This document shows, in pieces, positions 62,055 to 64,000 of a DNA stretch of 64,000 nt. The DNA is taken from assembly GCA_964489545.1 (NCBI GenBank), contig CAZAZE010000007.1:120015-184014 (forward strand), in the 5' to 3' direction. This DNA comes from an uncultured Bacteroidales bacterium (GTDB lineage Bacteria; Bacteroidota; Bacteroidia; Bacteroidales; JAGOPY01). Within the stretch, counting starts at the first letter, position 1. Each line of letters opens with the position of its first letter. Below the pieces are notes generated by a model, which was given only the letters and a program-made list of their open reading frames with translations, did not search any database and was not told the DNA's origin. The position numbers and the translations under genes were made by a program.

Positions 62055-64000
62055 TCAATCCTCAAAGCGATCAATACGCGTCACTTTGATGATTTCTTTG
62101 ATTTTCATCAGGTTATCAATTAATTTGTGCAGGGTTTCCAGGTCATGCACATAAAGCATCACCGATCCTTCGGTCATACCTTCTGAGGTATCCAGGTGAA
62201 AAGACCGGATATTGATGTTATGCTTTTCGGTGATCACTTCCGTTACTTTACGGATGAATCCTTTTTTATCCATACCCTGGATCCGGATGCCGGTCAGGAA
62301 CCCTACCGATTCTTTATTCTTCCATTTGGCTTTGATGATCCGCTTGCCGAATTTTGACATCATATCGATGGCCAGCGGGCAATTGGTCCGGTGGATCTCA
62401 ATGCTGTCGTGATTACCCAGGAACCCGACCACGTCATCGCCGGGTATAGGGCTGCAGCAGCGGGCCACCGAATATTTGATCTGCTCCATGTCATCGCTCA
62501 GGACCAGCGATTCCGGTTTTTCCCGCAACTTCTCAACGATGGCCTCTGAAAGGGAATGATGGCTGGGTGGACGGTTTTTTGTAAAGGGCCGGCTGAGGTA
62601 ACTGAACAGGTTTCTCCGCTCTCCTTCCTGGGTAAAGCCTTTCACATCCCCGGATCCAACATTTCCTTCAGCAACCATCCGGAACAATTGCTCCGGGGTA
62701 CTGATCCGCAGAAAGTCCTGGAATTTCTGCAGGATTTCCCGGTCATTTTTCAACCCGAACTGGATGAACAGTTCGCTGAGCTTTTCTTTTCCTGAGTTTT
62801 CCTGCTTTCTCCTCTTCTCTTTAATGAATTGCTTGATGTTGGACCGGGCTTTGGCGGTCACGGCATAACTCAGCCAATCTTCCGCCGGTGTCGTGCTCTG
62901 CGAGGTCAGTACCTCCACCTGGTCGCCATGCCGCAAGGGTTGGTTGCGGGATTGGAGCACCTGGTTAACCTTGGCGCCGATACAATGGTGGCCTATTTCC
63001 GTATGAATGGCATAAGCAAAATCGATGACCGTCGCTCCGGCGGCGAGGGATTTCATCTCGCCTTTGGGCGTGTAAACATATATTTCGTCAGCAACAAGGT
63101 TCAGTTTAAAGTCGTTGACAAAGTCCAGCGCGTCTTCATCCTCTTCCACCCGCAGCATGTCTTTCACCTTATTCAGCCATTCCTGCGGCCCGGTTTCTGA
63201 ATCGATGGAATCTTTATATTTCCAGTGGGCGGCATACCCCCGTTCCGCGATCTCATCCATTCTCCGGGTCCGTATCTGAACTTCCACCCACCGGCCGGCC
63301 TGGCTCATTACCGTGGTATGCAGCGCTTCATAACCATTGGCCTTCGGGATGGATATCCAGTCGCGAAGGCGGTTGTGGTTGGGCCGGTAATGGTCGGTGA
63401 TGATGGAATAAACACGCCAGCATTCCGACTTTTCCAGATCGAGCGGCACATCGATGACGATGCGAACGGCGAAGAGATCATAGACTTCTTCAAAAGGGAT
63501 CTCCTTCTTCTTCATCTTTTTCCAGATGGAAAAGATGCTTTTTTCCCGGGTGAAGATCTGGAACTTAATCCCTTTGGCCCGGAGGTCTTTTTTGATCGGG
63601 TAGATGAACTTGTTGGTGAACCGCAGCCTGTCGGCCTTCGAAATCTCCAGCTTTTGTTGCAGGGTGTTGTACACTTCGGGTTCGGTACACCTCAGGGAAA
63701 GGTCTTCCAGTTCGCTTTTGATCCCAAAAAGGCCGAGGCGCTGTGCCAGCGGAGCATACAGGTAGATCGTTTCTGAAGATATCTTAAGTTGTTTGTGCCT
63801 GGGCAAAGCTTCCAGGGTGCGCATATTGTGCAGCCGGTCGGCCAGCTTGATGATGATCACCCGAACATCGCGCGAAAGCGTCAGCAGGATCTTCCGGAAA
63901 TTTTCGGCCTGCGGCGACTCACTGGGATTGTCGATCATCTCCTCGATCTTGGTGAGGCCGTCGATGATCTGGGTTACTTTGTCGCCAAAGTGAAAACGGA
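62055..64000 (-). CDS. RelA/SpoT-family bifunctional (p)ppGpp synthetase/hydrolase; N-terminus outside the window
   Basis: The frame stays open to nt 64000. Visible parts are the HD-domain tail (KLADRLHNMRTL), the synthetase core (YEALHTTV, RTRRMDEIAE-GYAAHW), TGS (IYVYTPKGE) and a C-terminal ACT domain. Confidence 0.9.
   Translation of the reverse strand, partial: RFHFGDKVTQIIDGLTKIEEMIDNPSESPQAENFRKILLTLSRDVRVIIIKLADRLHNMRTLEALPRHKQLKISSETIYLYAPLAQRLGLFGIKSELEDLSLRCTEPEVYNTLQQKLEISKADRLRFTNKFIYPIKKDLRAKGIKFQIFTREKSIFSIWKKMKKKEIPFEEVYDLFAVRIVIDVPLDLEKSECWRVYSIITDHYRPNHNRLRDWISIPKANGYEALHTTVMSQAGRWVEVQIRTRRMDEIAERGYAAHWKYKDSIDSETGPQEWLNKVKDMLRVEEDEDALDFVNDFKLNLVADEIYVYTPKGEMKSLAAGATVIDFAYAIHTEIGHHCIGAKVNQVLQSRNQPLRHGDQVEVLTSQSTTPAEDWLSYAVTAKARSNIKQFIKEKRRKQENSGKEKLSELFIQFGLKNDREILQKFQDFLRISTPEQLFRMVAEGNVGSGDVKGFTQEGERRNLFSYLSRPFTKNRPPSHHSLSEAIVEKLREKPESLVLSDDMEQIKYSVARCCSPIPGDDVVGFLGNHDSIEIHRTNCPLAIDMMSKFGKRIIKAKWKNKESVGFLTGIRIQGMDKKGFIRKVTEVITEKHNINIRSFHLDTSEGMTEGSVMLYVHDLETLHKLIDNLMKIKEIIKVTRIDRFED

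Noticed and set aside
1-64000. A search for mobile elements, prophage remnants, defence islands, toxin-antitoxin pairs, reverse transcriptases and CRISPR arrays
   Set aside because: I recognised no transposase, integrase, recombinase, RT, Cas, restriction-modification or TA-like genes. Every ORF of 100 aa or more that is not a shadow frame has a housekeeping or envelope assignment. Spacers are too short for arrays, and the only tRNA has no flanking direct repeats. The window looks like core genome.

Overview
This 64-kb window looks like compact core chromosome of a Bacteroidota bacterium. The phylum call rests on several things seen in the sequence. Two large secreted proteins end in type IX secretion (T9SS) C-terminal sorting domains. 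There is a GldB-like lipoprotein and a DUF6089(PorG-like)-uppS-bamA-skp-skp cluster. There is a DUF2723 membrane protein. The Bacteroidota -7 promoter box TAnnTTTG (often exactly TATCTTTG) recurs in short AT-rich spacers. I support about 52 protein genes and one tRNA-Gln(UUG). One of the genes is a 55-aa 2x[4Fe-4S] ferredoxin that is missing from the ORF track. Content is mostly housekeeping: LPS and envelope (lptF/G, kdsB, lgt, uppS, bamA, skp), Fe-S (mrp, nifU), NAD (nadE, nadB, nadK), the 2-oxoglutarate node (korAB, fdx, sucAB), translation (rimP-nusA-infB, tilS, trmB, rsgA), nucleotides (two dNK paralogs, purA, folK), stringent response (relA/spoT, partial) and competence-type genes (comM, dprA). 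I see no rRNA, CRISPR array, transposase, integrase, phage gene or recognisable defence or toxin module, and no obvious compositional island. I therefore cannot point to a convincing undescribed multi-gene system here. The best leads are single genes or local arrangements: (1) a DUF2723/TMEM260-like GT-C glycosyltransferase next to lgt and a GT-B enzyme; (2) a head-to-head korAB / fdx-sucAB-nadB arrangement sharing one control region; (3) an HU-like/TM/SPOR fusion protein; (4) a Cys-to-Ala alkyltransferase-like protein; (5) a second single-POTRA Omp85 in the BAM cluster; (6) a nested palindrome at the comM start; (7) an unusually long 315-bp spacer with two promoter boxes. All family calls come from motifs read by eye and from remembered family signatures. 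No database search was run.
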